From assembly GCA_963697895.1 (NCBI GenBank), contig OY969100.1:32001-96000 (forward strand): 64,000 nt of DNA, read 5' to 3'. The notes below the pieces were generated by a model. The model was given only the letters and a program-made list of their open reading frames with translations. It ran no database searches and was not told the origin of the DNA. The stretch comes from an uncultured Methanomicrobiales archaeon. GTDB lineage: Archaea; Halobacteriota; Methanomicrobia; Methanomicrobiales; Methanospirillaceae. Of the stretch, positions 18,901 through 28,952 are shown one piece after another. The number at the start of each line of letters is the position of its first letter. Positions within the stretch are counted from its first letter, which is position 1. Position numbers and translations under genes: made by a program.

Positions 18901-20511
18901 GGTCTCACCATCTGCACATGCGCTGGCGGTCTTTTTACCGCTGTCACTGCCGGAGGCGGAGACCGACTGGGAGATGATGCTGATCTCGAGCACATCGATG
19001 GTGGGGAGATCAAACTCGAGTTGCTGTTCCGGCTGCTGCAGGATGGCCTGATCGACCAGACCGGGTTCCGGGAGCGTGACGCAGCCCTCCACCGGGCCGA
19101 TCAGGTCGAGGCTGAAGGTGCCGTCACCGGCGCCGATCAGGTCGAAAGACGCGATCTGAGAGTCGGCATCCGCCCGCCCGCTGCCCTTGATGTCCGCCTT
19201 TGCGGAGGTGTCACCCTTGGCGCTGGTGTTGGATGAAAAAATTATCCCTTCAACCCCCTGAGTCTGGTTGACATTGAGCACCGCGTTTGCCGCACCCCAT
19301 GTCGAAGCGGCCGCCGATACCTTGGCGTTCTTGTCAAACCCGTTTGCATATGCGTCGCTCTGGAGGATGGTGGTGTCAATGTATTCGGGATTGAAGCTGA
19401 AGTCCAGGTACGCGAACTCGGGTCCGAACCCGAGCCCCGGATCCTTCAGAGGGATGGCGGCATATGCATCGATCGACGATTCGCTGCCTGATTCACCCCT
19501 GCTGTCGCAGATGGACGCGATGCTGCCGGCGGTCCCCGTGGTGTTCACATAGAATTCGTGCTCCTCCGATGGAGGTGCTCCGTAATATGCCGTGTTCTGT
19601 TTTCCGACCGGAGTCGATGCGGACGAGGAGGCGGTGGCGGTATACTTTCCGGTTCCGCTCCATACCGAGCTGTCGGACGAGATCTCGCTCTCGACGTGCG
19701 TTTCACTGATGGGATCTACTGCTTCGGATGCGATCGCCGCATTGGAGGTAAACCCGCCCGAGCCTTTTCCGGAGCCGTCCGCCTTCGTGGTACCCGTTAC
19801 GTACGCGGTCAGATTGCCCGTGTCCGCACTGGCGGAGGCGTTCCCTGAGGCCCAGGCCCCGCCGGAGGCCTGGTTCTCGCCGTATACGTCGGCATAGATC
19901 AGGGCATTCACCGTGGGGTCATAATCCAGCAGATTGGATGCCTGGGACGTGATCCCTCCCGTCGCATTGAGTATGCTGACGGAGGCACTCTGCACTTTAC
20001 CACTTGCCTTGGAAGACCCGGAGACATTCGTCTGCATCTCGGTCCCGTTGTACGTGGCGGATGCGGTCCCGGACGAGCAGACCTCGCCCTCGGCCGTTCC
20101 TTTGTTACCGGAGTCGAGGGTAACGCTGCTCGTGATGGACGAGTTGATCACGGCATTGCCGGAGTCGTCATCGGACCCCTCGGCTTTGACGCTGCCGTTC
20201 AGGATCGCGGTGCCGGTCCCGGTCGTCTTGCCGCTCGCTTTGATGTTTGAGTTGAGGTTGACCGTGATCTTCCCGTCGCCGCTGGTGGCGGTGTCTGTTC
20301 CGCCGTTCGTTGCGTCTTTGACGGATGCTTTGTTCTGCAACTTTACGTTCACATTCTTCTCGACCGTAGCCGAGTGCTGGGTGGTACTATGCTGGTTGGA
20401 ATAGTCCACCTGGGCATCGCCTTCGATAACCACCGCGGTTACGGCGCCGGCCAGTAATGCGATGACCAGGATGACGAGAATGCCCAGCATCAGGGGTGTT
20501 CGGGATTTCAT
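15952..20511 (-). CDS. Giant secreted Ala/Ser/Gly/Thr-rich protein, copy 3 (1519 aa)
   Basis: Full-length paralogue; signal peptide MKSRTPLMLGILV; C-terminus PFPPRDYILPMLPPI. Confidence 0.85.
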   Translation of the reverse strand: MKSRTPLMLGILVILVIALLAGAVTAVVIEGDAQVDYSNQHSTTQHSATVEKNVNVKLQNKASVKDATNGGTDTATSGDGKITVNLNSNIKASGKTTGTGTAILNGSVKAEGSDDDSGNAVINSSITSSVTLDSGNKGTAEGEVCSSGTASATYNGTEMQTNVSGSSKASGKVQSASVSILNATGGITSQASNLLDYDPTVNALIYADVYGENQASGGAWASGNASASADTGNLTAYVTGTTKADGSGKGSGGFTSNAAIASEAVDPISETHVESEISSDSSVWSGTGKYTATASSSASTPVGKQNTAYYGAPPSEEHEFYVNTTGTAGSIASICDSRGESGSESSIDAYAAIPLKDPGLGFGPEFAYLDFSFNPEYIDTTILQSDAYANGFDKNAKVSAAASTWGAANAVLNVNQTQGVEGIIFSSNTSAKGDTSAKADIKGSGRADADSQIASFDLIGAGDGTFSLDLIGPVEGCVTLPEPGLVDQAILQQPEQQLEFDLPTIDVLEISIISQSVSASGSDSGKKTASACADGETTADGQHTYIYTPENFVTAAFTGSSSASGRVVGGAEAGGKGDDPASASVILGVSAQGIDGNQGLDATLIGSTSGAGGPTGKTSGTASGDAEASGGFIPATGPSVSSGTVSTSATANGGLGLSAAAIGSADYESFNVIEGDLVDVALIGTGSFAAGTAGAHAFADGQTEANGSILRQISIEDGPIENITLLNVTSAAFADGTACSDVSTKNGIALAADVLLSGEGTGASGLQSSGGGGGTAGSMVGQVVFAQQFGKSGSAKADTKADGEAGTSSSFYLDLGSTDGIDNRAFIAGYGTTDADGTASGSANAGCGDPLSASGIVAFTEFGGGGSVDAGSFYGGGETYSAGLIDSLSASWGKSADTWGAADGTALADSSLLVNTTLEDDSLYVWNATSAADAKVKTTASTTSPDGFALGVAAQGASSEVSAVVYGETVAADEHAITLDGALSLADGNGKATADVNKEEKITKDKKGKVKSVECIPVIDREATAVSQFSADITDDGTPDINATSTSFSGSSASSAAEAAKGGSAFALSGEASGSFTDLVSDALGNGVPQADQDVFSVIADVVAADPDKPKETSKASASATGSTGAFSYASVPDWNGTQSSSADGSVSGSAEAGDTCKDPISASLILSFGENNAYPDPNDAAVPVMDSRDSTLIATFSATGGDNGKAGGSAKGSAGATGSQVTAPYDGYSPIVAPSANASSKADVTSYASAVKGEALGVSGVGSTSDAHVDINLETVTDENLLFSYAAGEGYGKKSKVDACASYDAVGTATADSNILDIDPVVPKVVSNASAAGKGVSTVQVSDGNEAEALTFGWVQQNASINYSIAFSPGNDPTNASHADALALFGAEVNATNDAKGTFANADMTKVNLSAAARAGPYNNIVNIPEDNATVSVANGHTWAFLDPDGGISHTGLLDIDTLATYTQTSSGNTTNGNFIAADLISDPNYGYTHGGSWADSDNPSPVPFPPRDYILPMLPPI

Positions 20512-20608
20512 ATTTTCTACCTCAGGTATTTTGCACGGGGATGCATGTACGCTCCCCGTTTTTATCGTACGTTGATTTCGGCATACATTCGTGAGTGAAT
20601 TGTTCTTA

Positions 20609-20751
20609 TCAGCAGTTGATCACCAAATGCTGGAGCGGGGAAAATAATTTCGTACCCGAAATTATCCTCCGGTTATCCGTTCGTTTCGGAATTGCTGAAT
20701 CTTAGATGGATCAACTACCTGTTCCATACACCCAGGCGGATATAAGACTTG
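20609..20751 (-). promoter_or_regulatory. Conserved promoter plus structured 5' leader, copy 3
   Basis: Nearly identical to the copy 1 upstream region; palindrome spacer GGGTAC. Confidence 0.75.
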
Positions 20752-20805
20752 TGCTGCGGATTTTTCACTATCGGGAATTTTTTCCCAAAATTCTGTAAAC
20801 CGGAT

Positions 20806-20850
20806 AAAAAAAGATTAGGGGAAGGGATATCCCCATTCCGTGGTTCACGC
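20806..20850 (-). terminator. Hairpin plus U-tract terminator of giant gene copy 4
   Basis: GGAATGGGGATATCCCTTCC...TAATCTTTTTTT after the TAG. Confidence 0.6.
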
Positions 20851-23800
20851 CTAGATGGGCGGGAGCATGGGGAGGATGTAGTCGCGGGGGGGGAACGGGA
20901 CCGGTGCCGGGTTGTCGCTGTCGGCCCAGGACTCGCCGTGCGTGTACCCGAAGTTCGGGTCGGTGGTCAGGCTCTGTTCGACGAACTTCCCGCTGGTCGC
21001 GTCGCCGTTGCTCGTCTGGGTGTATGTCGCGCTGGTGTCGAAGTTGAGGATGCCGTTGTGGAATGATCCGCCGTCGGGGTCCAGGAAGGCCCAGGTGTGA
21101 CCGTTGGCGACCTTTACCGAGGCGTTGTCTTCAGGGATACCGAAGTCCGGGAAGCTTGCCCGTGCCGCTGCAGAGAGGTTCACCTGCGTCATGTCCGCAT
21201 TCGCGAAGGTCCCCGTCGCATCGTTGGTCGCGTTCACCTCGGCACCGAAGAGTGCCAGGGCGTCGGCGTGGGATGCGTTCACGGGATCGCCCAGATCCGT
21301 GAAGTTGACCGAGGCGTTCTGCTGTACCCATCCGAAGGTGAGCGATTCTGCCAGGTTCGCGTCGGTGACCTTGATCGTACTGATCCCCTTGCCGGAGGCG
21401 TTCGAGGTGGAGTTCACGGCTGAAGCCGCCAGGTCCCGGTTGAAGACGTTGCTGTCTGCCGCTGCGGTGCCGACCGCATCGTACCCGGCAGAGGCATCGG
21501 CTGTCGCTTTCTTGCCGAAGCCCTCGCCTCTCGCGTAGCTGAAGAGGAGGTTTTCGTCGGTGACCGTCTCAAGGTTGACATCGACGTGCGCATCGCTCGT
21601 CGATCCCACGCCAGCGAGACCCAGGGCAACTCCGTTGCTGGCCGCTGCCTTGCTCCACACGGTTGCATCGCTCGATGCACTGGTGGTGGGGCTCAGGGGG
21701 GTGCTGCCGTATTCGGGCACCAACTGTACTCCGTCAGCATTGGCCGAACCGCATGCATCCGCACCCGTATCGCCCTTCGTCCCGTTCGTTGCGGAGAAGC
21801 TGGCGATCAGGGTCGTGTCATGGTTGTCCATGGTGGGGAGATAGCCACCCGTAAGAGGATCGGGAGAGACCGAGTTCTCGCCAATTGCCAGGATGAGCGA
21901 GGCCGATATCGGGTCCTTGCACTTGTCACCGCCTACAGCCGAGGCTGAAACTCTTCCATCGGCAGCGCTCGTCTGCGTGCTGTTCCAGTTCGGTACCGCT
22001 GCATAGCTTAGGGCATTGGTGTCTCCGCTTGCCGACCCGGAGGCCTTGGCCGTCTCCTTCGGGCAGTCCGTCTCCGCAACGGCGAGGTCCGCGATCACGG
22101 AGAAGACGTCCTGGTCGGCCTGGGGAATGCCGTTGCCCAAAGCATCGGAGACCAGGTCAGTGAACGCACCGGATGCTTCACCCGCAAGGGACAGGGCAAA
22201 CCCGCCCTTCGCGGCTTCGGCAGCGGAGCTGGCGCTGGATCCCGAGAACGAGGACGACGTGGCGTTGATGTCAGGCGTACCGTCATCGGTCGTATCCGCG
22301 GTGAACTGGCTAAGAGCAGTCGCATCCCGATCCATGACGGGGATACACTCGACCACGGTTGTCTTTCCAACCTTCTTGCTCTTATATTCCTTGTTGACGT
22401 CTGCCGTTGCCTTGCCTTCTCCGGCCACTACGGATAGTCCTCCGTCGAGCGTTATGGCGTGCTCTTCGCCGAACTCGCCGATTTCACCGAGGATGGATGC
22501 ATCAACTTCGCTGGACGCACCCTGGGCCGCAACCCCGAGGGCGAAGCCATCCGGGCTCCTGGTACTGGCGGTGGTCTTGACCTTTGCATCCGCGGTGCTG
22601 TTGGTGTTCCACACATAGAGGCTGAAGTCTGCCGGTGTGGTATTCACGATCAGGGAAGAGTCCGCGAGTGCAGCGCCATCTGCGAAGCCACAGGTATCGG
22701 CAGACTTGCCCCACGATGCCGAGAGGCTGCCGACCGTTGCGGCGCTGTAAGACTCTCCGCTTCCGACGAACTCCTCAAACGTATCAGGCGTGGATACCGA
22801 TCCGCCCACACCGGAGTCGGTGAAGGCGACGATCGCCGATGCCGAGAGGGGGTCACCGCAGCCGGCGTTCGCGTTTCCGCTCACCGTTCCGGAGGCACCG
22901 GTCGTGCTGTCTCCGGCAATATACATCTCGTCGCCGCTCGGACCTTCACCGAGGTCGATGTAGAAGGTACTGCTGGTACCTGCTTCACCATTGGCATTGG
23001 TATTCGCGATTGCAGATCCTGATTTGCCGAACTGCTGGGCGAATGCGACCTGACCGACCATGCTCCCTGCAGTGGTGTCGCCGGCACCGATGAGAGAGGA
23101 TCCACTGGTACTGATACCTTCACCGGCGAGGAGGACGTCTGCCGCAAGTGCGATGCCGTTCTTGGTGCTGACATCGGAGCATGCCGTGCCATCTGCAAAG
23201 GCAGCCGAGGTGACATTCAGCAGGGTGATATTTTCACCCGGATCGTCGGGAATGAAGATCTCGTTCAGGACGGACCCGTTCGCTTCGGTCCGGCCGTCTG
23301 CGAATGCGTGGGCCCCTGCAGTACCGGCGGCGAATCCCCCGGTCCCGATCAGGGCGACATCCACGAGTTCGCCATCACTACTCCCTTCGTCGGCGGCAAA
23401 GTCAGCCGAACCGATGGCAGCGGCCGAGAGGCCCAGTCCGCCATTTGCATTGGCAGACGTGCTTACTGTCCCGGACGAGCTCGAAGGCCCTAATATTGGA
23501 CGAACGCTACCGGCTGCATTCGCATCACCCGAAGCCGTGCCCCAGGTATTGCCGGATGCGGCACCGGAAGTGCTGGCGATCAGGGTCGCGTCAAGCCCGG
23601 AGTCTGAATCGATCCCCTGTGCTGAGACCCCGAGGATGACCGATGCCGATGCCGGGTCGTGGTCGGACTTTGTCCCGGCCACAGCCCCGCCCTCGACTCT
23701 GCCGGACGCATTGCTGCTCCCGGTGGAACCACTGGTTACACTGCCTGAAATCTCCGTTAATGTGTTCCGCCCATCGGCCGCGGTCTCACCGTCTGCGCAG

Positions 23801-25437
23801 GCGCTGGCGGTCTTTTTACCGCTGTCGCTGCCGGATGCAGAGACCGACTGGGAGATGATGCTGATCTCGAGGAGATCGATGGGGGGGAGGTCGAACGATA
23901 GTTGTTGCGGGGCCGGTTGCTGCAGGATGCCCGGATTGATCGAACTGAGATCTCCTGTTACCGGAGTATTTGGCAGATTCTGTTCCGGTATCTGCGGGAG
24001 CATAACGGAGTCCTCAATGGGGCTGATCAGGTCAAGGCTGACGGTACCTCCACTGGTGCCGATCAGGTCAAATGAACCGATCTGGGACTCGGCATTCGCA
24101 TTCCCGCAGCCCTTGAGGTCGACCTTCGCAGAGGTGTCTCCAGTGGCACCGGTGTTGGAGGCGATGGCGGTCTGGAAGTCCTCCGGGGGAGTGGAGATAA
24201 CAAGCGCTGCATTTGCCGTACCTCTGGTCGAACCGACCGCCGATACCTTGGCATTCTTGTCATACCCGGTGGCGTTGGCGTTGCTCCCGATGAAGCTCGC
24301 GTCACCGGAAGAAGCGTTGATGATGAAACTAAGATTCGCATATTCGGGCCCCAACTGGAAGTTCGCCACGCCCGAACCGTTTATGGCCGCCGCGAAGATA
24401 TCGCCATAGCTGCCGGCCTCGCCCCTGCTGTCGCAGATGGATGCCTGGCTCGAGGCGGTACCGGTGGTATTGGCCACCTGCTCGAGTGCTCCCCCGGCCT
24501 CCACTCCGGCATAATATGCCTCATTCTGTTCCCCGATCGGGGTGGATGCGGATGAAGACGCGGATGCCGTATACTTACCCGTTCCACTCTCTCCGAAACT
24601 TTCGGAGTAGATGTCAGAGGAAACGATATCTCCTGACGATCTGCTTTCCGTATAGGATTCGATATCGGCATCAGTGAGGAAGTCTCCCGAGCCCTTGCCG
24701 GAACCGTCCGATCTCGTGGATCCGGTCACCGATGCGGTGAGATTCCCGTTGTCTGCTGATGCGCCGGCGCTGCCCGACGCGCCCGCAGATCCGGATGCCG
24801 TGTTCTCACCATACACGAAGGAAAAGATCACGGCATCCGTGCTGTAGTTTCCATTTATGACCGAAGAATTTGAGAAGACACCACCGGTCGCATTGAGTAT
24901 GCTGACGGAGGCACTCTGCACTTTACCACTTGCTTTGGACGACCCGGAGACATTCGTCTGCATCTCGGTCCCGTTATACGTGGCGGATGCGGACCCGGAT
25001 GCGCAGACATCCCCCTCGGCCGTACCTTTGGTGCCGGAGTTGAGGGTGACGCTGCTCGTGATGGACGAATTGATCACGGCATTGCCGGAGTCGTCATCGG
25101 ATCCCTCGGCCTTGACGCTGCCATTGAGTATTGCGGTGCCGGTACCGGTCGTCTTACCGCTCGCCTTGATATTCGAGTCGATATTGACCGTGATAAGCCC
25201 GTCGCCGCTTGTGGCGGAGTCTGTCCCGCCGTTCGTCGCATCTTTAACGGTTGCTTTGTTCTGTAGCTTTACATTCACATTCTTCTCGACCGTGGCCGAG
25301 TGCTGGGTGGTACTATGCTGGTTTGAATAGTCCACCTGGGCATCGCCCTGGACGACCACCGCGGTGACCGTTCCAATCAGTAACGCGATAACCAGGATGA
25401 CTAAAATACCTATCATAAATTGTTTTCGGGATTTCAT
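20851..25437 (-). CDS. Giant secreted Ala/Ser/Gly/Thr-rich protein, copy 4 (about 1528 aa)
   Basis: Full-length paralogue. Start set at MKSRKQFMIG; C-terminal third nearly identical to copy 1. Confidence 0.85.
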   Translation of the reverse strand: MKSRKQFMIGILVILVIALLIGTVTAVVVQGDAQVDYSNQHSTTQHSATVEKNVNVKLQNKATVKDATNGGTDSATSGDGLITVNIDSNIKASGKTTGTGTAILNGSVKAEGSDDDSGNAVINSSITSSVTLNSGTKGTAEGDVCASGSASATYNGTEMQTNVSGSSKASGKVQSASVSILNATGGVFSNSSVINGNYSTDAVIFSFVYGENTASGSAGASGSAGASADNGNLTASVTGSTRSDGSGKGSGDFLTDADIESYTESRSSGDIVSSDIYSESFGESGTGKYTASASSSASTPIGEQNEAYYAGVEAGGALEQVANTTGTASSQASICDSRGEAGSYGDIFAAAINGSGVANFQLGPEYANLSFIINASSGDASFIGSNANATGYDKNAKVSAVGSTRGTANAALVISTPPEDFQTAIASNTGATGDTSAKVDLKGCGNANAESQIGSFDLIGTSGGTVSLDLISPIEDSVMLPQIPEQNLPNTPVTGDLSSINPGILQQPAPQQLSFDLPPIDLLEISIISQSVSASGSDSGKKTASACADGETAADGRNTLTEISGSVTSGSTGSSNASGRVEGGAVAGTKSDHDPASASVILGVSAQGIDSDSGLDATLIASTSGAASGNTWGTASGDANAAGSVRPILGPSSSSGTVSTSANANGGLGLSAAAIGSADFAADEGSSDGELVDVALIGTGGFAAGTAGAHAFADGRTEANGSVLNEIFIPDDPGENITLLNVTSAAFADGTACSDVSTKNGIALAADVLLAGEGISTSGSSLIGAGDTTAGSMVGQVAFAQQFGKSGSAIANTNANGEAGTSSTFYIDLGEGPSGDEMYIAGDSTTGASGTVSGNANAGCGDPLSASAIVAFTDSGVGGSVSTPDTFEEFVGSGESYSAATVGSLSASWGKSADTCGFADGAALADSSLIVNTTPADFSLYVWNTNSTADAKVKTTASTRSPDGFALGVAAQGASSEVDASILGEIGEFGEEHAITLDGGLSVVAGEGKATADVNKEYKSKKVGKTTVVECIPVMDRDATALSQFTADTTDDGTPDINATSSSFSGSSASSAAEAAKGGFALSLAGEASGAFTDLVSDALGNGIPQADQDVFSVIADLAVAETDCPKETAKASGSASGDTNALSYAAVPNWNSTQTSAADGRVSASAVGGDKCKDPISASLILAIGENSVSPDPLTGGYLPTMDNHDTTLIASFSATNGTKGDTGADACGSANADGVQLVPEYGSTPLSPTTSASSDATVWSKAAASNGVALGLAGVGSTSDAHVDVNLETVTDENLLFSYARGEGFGKKATADASAGYDAVGTAAADSNVFNRDLAASAVNSTSNASGKGISTIKVTDANLAESLTFGWVQQNASVNFTDLGDPVNASHADALALFGAEVNATNDATGTFANADMTQVNLSAAARASFPDFGIPEDNASVKVANGHTWAFLDPDGGSFHNGILNFDTSATYTQTSNGDATSGKFVEQSLTTDPNFGYTHGESWADSDNPAPVPFPPRDYILPMLPPI

Positions 25438-25535
25438 TTTTCGTAACCTCAGGTTCTGCACGGGATTGAAGTCTTATCTTTCCGTTTTCAGATTACATCG
25501 TTCATTCTGCACGAATTCAGGGTGAAAATTTCTTG

Positions 25536-25676
25536 TCAGCAGTTGATCACCAAATGCTGGAGCGGTGAAATAATTTCGTACCGGAAATTATCCTTCATTA
25601 ACCCTTCTTTTCGGAATTGCTGAATCGGGGGTGGATCAACTATGGGTTCAATACACCCGGGCAGGTATAAGACTTG
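25536..25676 (-). promoter_or_regulatory. Conserved promoter plus structured 5' leader, copy 4
   Basis: Same motifs, closest to copy 2; palindrome spacer CGGTAC. Confidence 0.75.
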
Positions 25677-25787
25677 CGCCGCCCGGATTTTCGACTCCGG
25701 GAAATATTTTTCAGACTCACAAGACAGGACGGTATTCTTTCAGATAAAAAGAGGGAATGGTTTGTAGAACGGATCTTCCATCTCCCG

Positions 25788-26996
25788 TCACGAGAACAAG
25801 ATCCGGTATCCCGCATCCTGCAGGGCCGAGGTAATCCGTTCGATATGCTCCGGTCCGCGGGTCTCCACCTCCACCTCGACCCGGGTCAGGTGGATGGGCA
25901 GGTCCGGCTCGCTCCGTGCCTGGACCACGTGGAGGATATTCCCCTGCATACCGGCCACCACGGAGAGCATGCCGGAGAGGGTCCCGGAGACGTCCTCCAG
26001 AAGCACGGTGAACCGCATGACCCGCCCGTGGAAAAAAAGCCCCCGGCGGATCACCCGTTCGAGGAGTGGCGTATCCACATTTCCCCCGCTGATCACGATG
26101 GCGACCCGTTCGCCGGGTTTCACCGCGATCGCCCGGGAGATGACCGCGGCGAGGCCGACCGCCCCGGCACCCTCCGCGATGACCTTCTTCCGCTCTAAAA
26201 GCCCGAAGATCGCGTCCATGGTCGCTTCGTCGGAGACCGTGACGATCCCGGCGACGAGATCGCGGATGACCGGGAAGGTCAGGTCTCCGGTCTCTTTCAC
26301 CCGGATCCCGTCGGCGATCGTGGAGTTGGCATCGACCGTCACGGGCGTCCCGGCGAGGAGCGCTTCAAGCGCCGACGGGCAGGCATCGCTCTGCACGCCG
26401 ATGACCCGCGCATCCGGCCGGATACCGGCGACGGCGATCGCGATCCCGGCGATCAGCCCGCCCCCGCCGACCGGGACGATGACGGTATCGACCGTCGGGA
26501 GGTCTTCCAGGATCTCGAGCCCGACCGTGCCCTGACCGGCGATGATCGCCTCGTCGTCATAGGGGTGGATGAACGTCATCCCTTCCTTTCCGGCCATCTC
26601 CCGGGCGACCGCGATGCTCTCCTCCAGGGAACAGCCGGAGAGGACGATGGACGCACCGTACCCCCGGGTCGCCTCCTGCTTGCTGATCGATACCCATTCC
26701 GGCATGACGATCGTTGCCGGAACCCCTGCCATGTGAGCGGCCAGCGCCACCCCCTGTGCGTGGTTCCCCGCCGATGCCGCGATCACGCCCTTTTGCCCGA
26801 TCTCCTGCCGCCGCGAGAGTATCCGGTTCGCCGCACCCCGCACCTTGAAGGAGCCGCCCTTCTGCATGCACTCGAGTTTCAGATACACCTCGGCCCCGGT
26901 CATCGCGGAGAAGGTGGGAGAATAGACGAGGGGGGTGCGGATCACCCGTTCCCGGATACGGTTCGCTGCGTCCCGGATGTCGGTGAGGCTCGGCAT
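25788..26996 (-). CDS. ilvA: Threonine ammonia-lyase (PLP-dependent) with C-terminal ACT domain
   Basis: KLECMQKGGSFKVRGA (PLP lysine), ASAGNHAQG, VPVGGGGL, SGGN and ACT-type tail VETRGPEH. Confidence 0.92.
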   Translation of the reverse strand: MPSLTDIRDAANRIRERVIRTPLVYSPTFSAMTGAEVYLKLECMQKGGSFKVRGAANRILSRRQEIGQKGVIAASAGNHAQGVALAAHMAGVPATIVMPEWVSISKQEATRGYGASIVLSGCSLEESIAVAREMAGKEGMTFIHPYDDEAIIAGQGTVGLEILEDLPTVDTVIVPVGGGGLIAGIAIAVAGIRPDARVIGVQSDACPSALEALLAGTPVTVDANSTIADGIRVKETGDLTFPVIRDLVAGIVTVSDEATMDAIFGLLERKKVIAEGAGAVGLAAVISRAIAVKPGERVAIVISGGNVDTPLLERVIRRGLFFHGRVMRFTVLLEDVSGTLSGMLSVVAGMQGNILHVVQARSEPDLPIHLTRVEVEVETRGPEHIERITSALQDAGYRILFS

Positions 26997-27253
26997 GGAT
27001 GATTGATAGGCGGAAGAGGCATATGAGGATTATTGATGTGGGGACCCCGCGGCAGCAGGATGCCGGGGCGAACCTGCCGCAATCATCTTCCTCATTTCTT
27101 CATAATGCAACAGAAAAAAAATCCGGGAATTTCCCTGTTTTTCCCGGTCGGACCCTGCAGGAGTCATCTCAGAATTTTGTCCATCACCCACGGTAGCGAC
27201 AGGGAATCCGAACTCCCTGTCTCTGAACGGAACAAAGCGATACGGCGATCTGC

Positions 27254-27688
27254 TCAGTCGGCCCGCGGGCTCTCATCCCGGATGATATCGGTGAGGTTTA
27301 AGAGTTCCCGGGAGAGGACGCAGATGGTGTCGTCCACCGTGACGATCCCGACGAGGCAGCCGCCGTCATCAACCACGGGGAGCCGCCGGATCTTCTCCCT
27401 CCGGGCGCACTGCATCGCATCGGAGAGGTCCGCATCCGGGGTGACCACGATCGGGTTCTTCGTCATGACCTCCCGTGCCCGGGTCGTCTTCGGGTCGATG
27501 TTCCGGGCGACCCCCCGGACGACGATGTCGCGATCGGTCACGATACCGACCGGCATGTTATTCTCGGTGATCACGACGCTTCCCACGTTCTCGTTCCTCA
27601 TCAGCTCCGCCACCTCGTGCACGAGGGCGCCCGGGGCAGCCGTGACCACATTGGTTCTGCAGCAATCCTCGATTCTCATCTCTTTCAT
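27254..27688 (-). CDS. CBS domain-pair protein
   Basis: VGSVVI...GIVTDRDIVVR and IRRLPVVD...GIVTVDD tandem CBS motifs. Confidence 0.9.
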   Translation of the reverse strand: MKEMRIEDCCRTNVVTAAPGALVHEVAELMRNENVGSVVITENNMPVGIVTDRDIVVRGVARNIDPKTTRAREVMTKNPIVVTPDADLSDAMQCARREKIRRLPVVDDGGCLVGIVTVDDTICVLSRELLNLTDIIRDESPRAD

Positions 27689-27974
27689 CTCCTTTCGGTG
27701 AGTGGGAATGATCGGGAGAAGTTATTGAATCTGCCGGTGATGCTATATACTCGGGTATGCATCCTGAAGGAGGAACAATCAGGAAATGCGACTGTCTGGG
27801 ATATCTATGGTAGGACCCGGAGCGGGGGATATATGTATCCCTGTCTGGCGCTCCGGATCAAGCGCCTCGTTCTCTTCCTTCCCGGACTCTAAATGAGGTT
27901 AACTAACCCCCCCGTCATCCCTCGCTGCGGAATAAGATCAGGATTTTATACTTGGCAGTACCACGATTCGGAGA

Positions 27975-28757
27975 ATGTCGATTCCTGCCTCAGTGGATAA
28001 AGACAAGCTCACCGTGCTCCTGGTAGATGACGAACCGGAAGTGCTCGAGGTTACCCGGCGGTTCCTCGAGGAGGAAGGGGGTATGGCGGTCACGACCGCA
28101 GGTTCCGCGGAAGAGGCCCTCTCGCTCATCCCCAATCGCTGGTTCGACGCGATCGTCTCCGATTACCGGATGAAGGAGATCAACGGGATCGAACTGTTAA
28201 AAGAGGTCCGGAAGGGGCTCTCGGGGGGCGCCGCCTGCCCGGTGCACGACCCGGCTTTCATCATCTTCACCGGGAGGGGAAACGAGGATACGGTGGTCGA
28301 GGCGATGAACCACGGGGCCGACCGCTATCTCCGGAAGGGATCTCACGATGCGCTCGCAAACGTGAGATCGGCGGTCGTAGACGCGGTGCGGAGGAGGGGC
28401 CGCTGCCGGAAGGTTATGACTCCGGAAGGAGCGGCAGGGCCGGACGATCTCCTGATAACGCGCCTTTCGGCGGGGCGTGAAGGTGCCATCATCCTCTCCC
28501 CCACCGGGACGGTTCTCTTTATGAACGATGCGGCCGCGGCCACCCTCGACCTCCCTTCACCGGGGTCCCGGATCGGCCGCCCGATCCGCGACCTGATCCC
28601 GGATGCCGGGTACGATATCGAGGTCCTGAAGCGGGTGCCGACCGGGCTGATCGCGGATTACCGCATCCCCGGGGATTCCCGGCGGAAAAAGGCGACTGTC
28701 CGCCTCACCTGGACCACGTTCCGGCAGGACGCGGTCCTCCTCGAGTTCCTCCCCTGA
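27975..28757 (+). CDS. Response regulator receiver plus C-terminal PAS-like domain
   Basis: LLVDDE, IVSDYRM, FTGRG, GADRYLRK; C-terminal GAIILSPTGTVLFMNDAA...IGRPIRDLIP. Confidence 0.85.
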   Translation: MSIPASVDKDKLTVLLVDDEPEVLEVTRRFLEEEGGMAVTTAGSAEEALSLIPNRWFDAIVSDYRMKEINGIELLKEVRKGLSGGAACPVHDPAFIIFTGRGNEDTVVEAMNHGADRYLRKGSHDALANVRSAVVDAVRRRGRCRKVMTPEGAAGPDDLLITRLSAGREGAIILSPTGTVLFMNDAAAATLDLPSPGSRIGRPIRDLIPDAGYDIEVLKRVPTGLIADYRIPGDSRRKKATVRLTWTTFRQDAVLLEFLP

Positions 28758-28846
28758 CCGGGAATTCCGCCTTCGATCGATCCAGGGTCGATGATACCCC
28801 TGACCGGGAATTCCGCCTTCGATCGATCCAGGGTCGATGATACCCC
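28751..28846 (+). repeat. Exact 46-bp tandem duplication spanning the stop codon
   Basis: CCCCTGACCGGGAATTCCGCCTTCGATCGATCCAGGGTCGATGATA at 28751 and 28797. Confidence 0.9.
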
Positions 28847-28952
28847 CGATCAGAGACATTTTCGCCGCCGTGAATAGATCAGAATTTATCCTCCGCAGTA
28901 TACATCTCCCTTACCGGGCAGCGACGCCTGGAGTCGGGGTAGGGGGACCTCC

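Noticed and set aside
6093-25330. Many long plus-strand ORFs opposite the giant genes (e.g. 23060..24409)
   Set aside because: They are antisense shadows caused by GC-rich, Ala/Ser/Gly-biased codons and show no protein motifs.
6105-25437. Diversity-generating retroelement behind the paralogue variation
   Set aside because: No reverse transcriptase or template repeat is visible. The differences include indels and all base types rather than adenine-specific changes.
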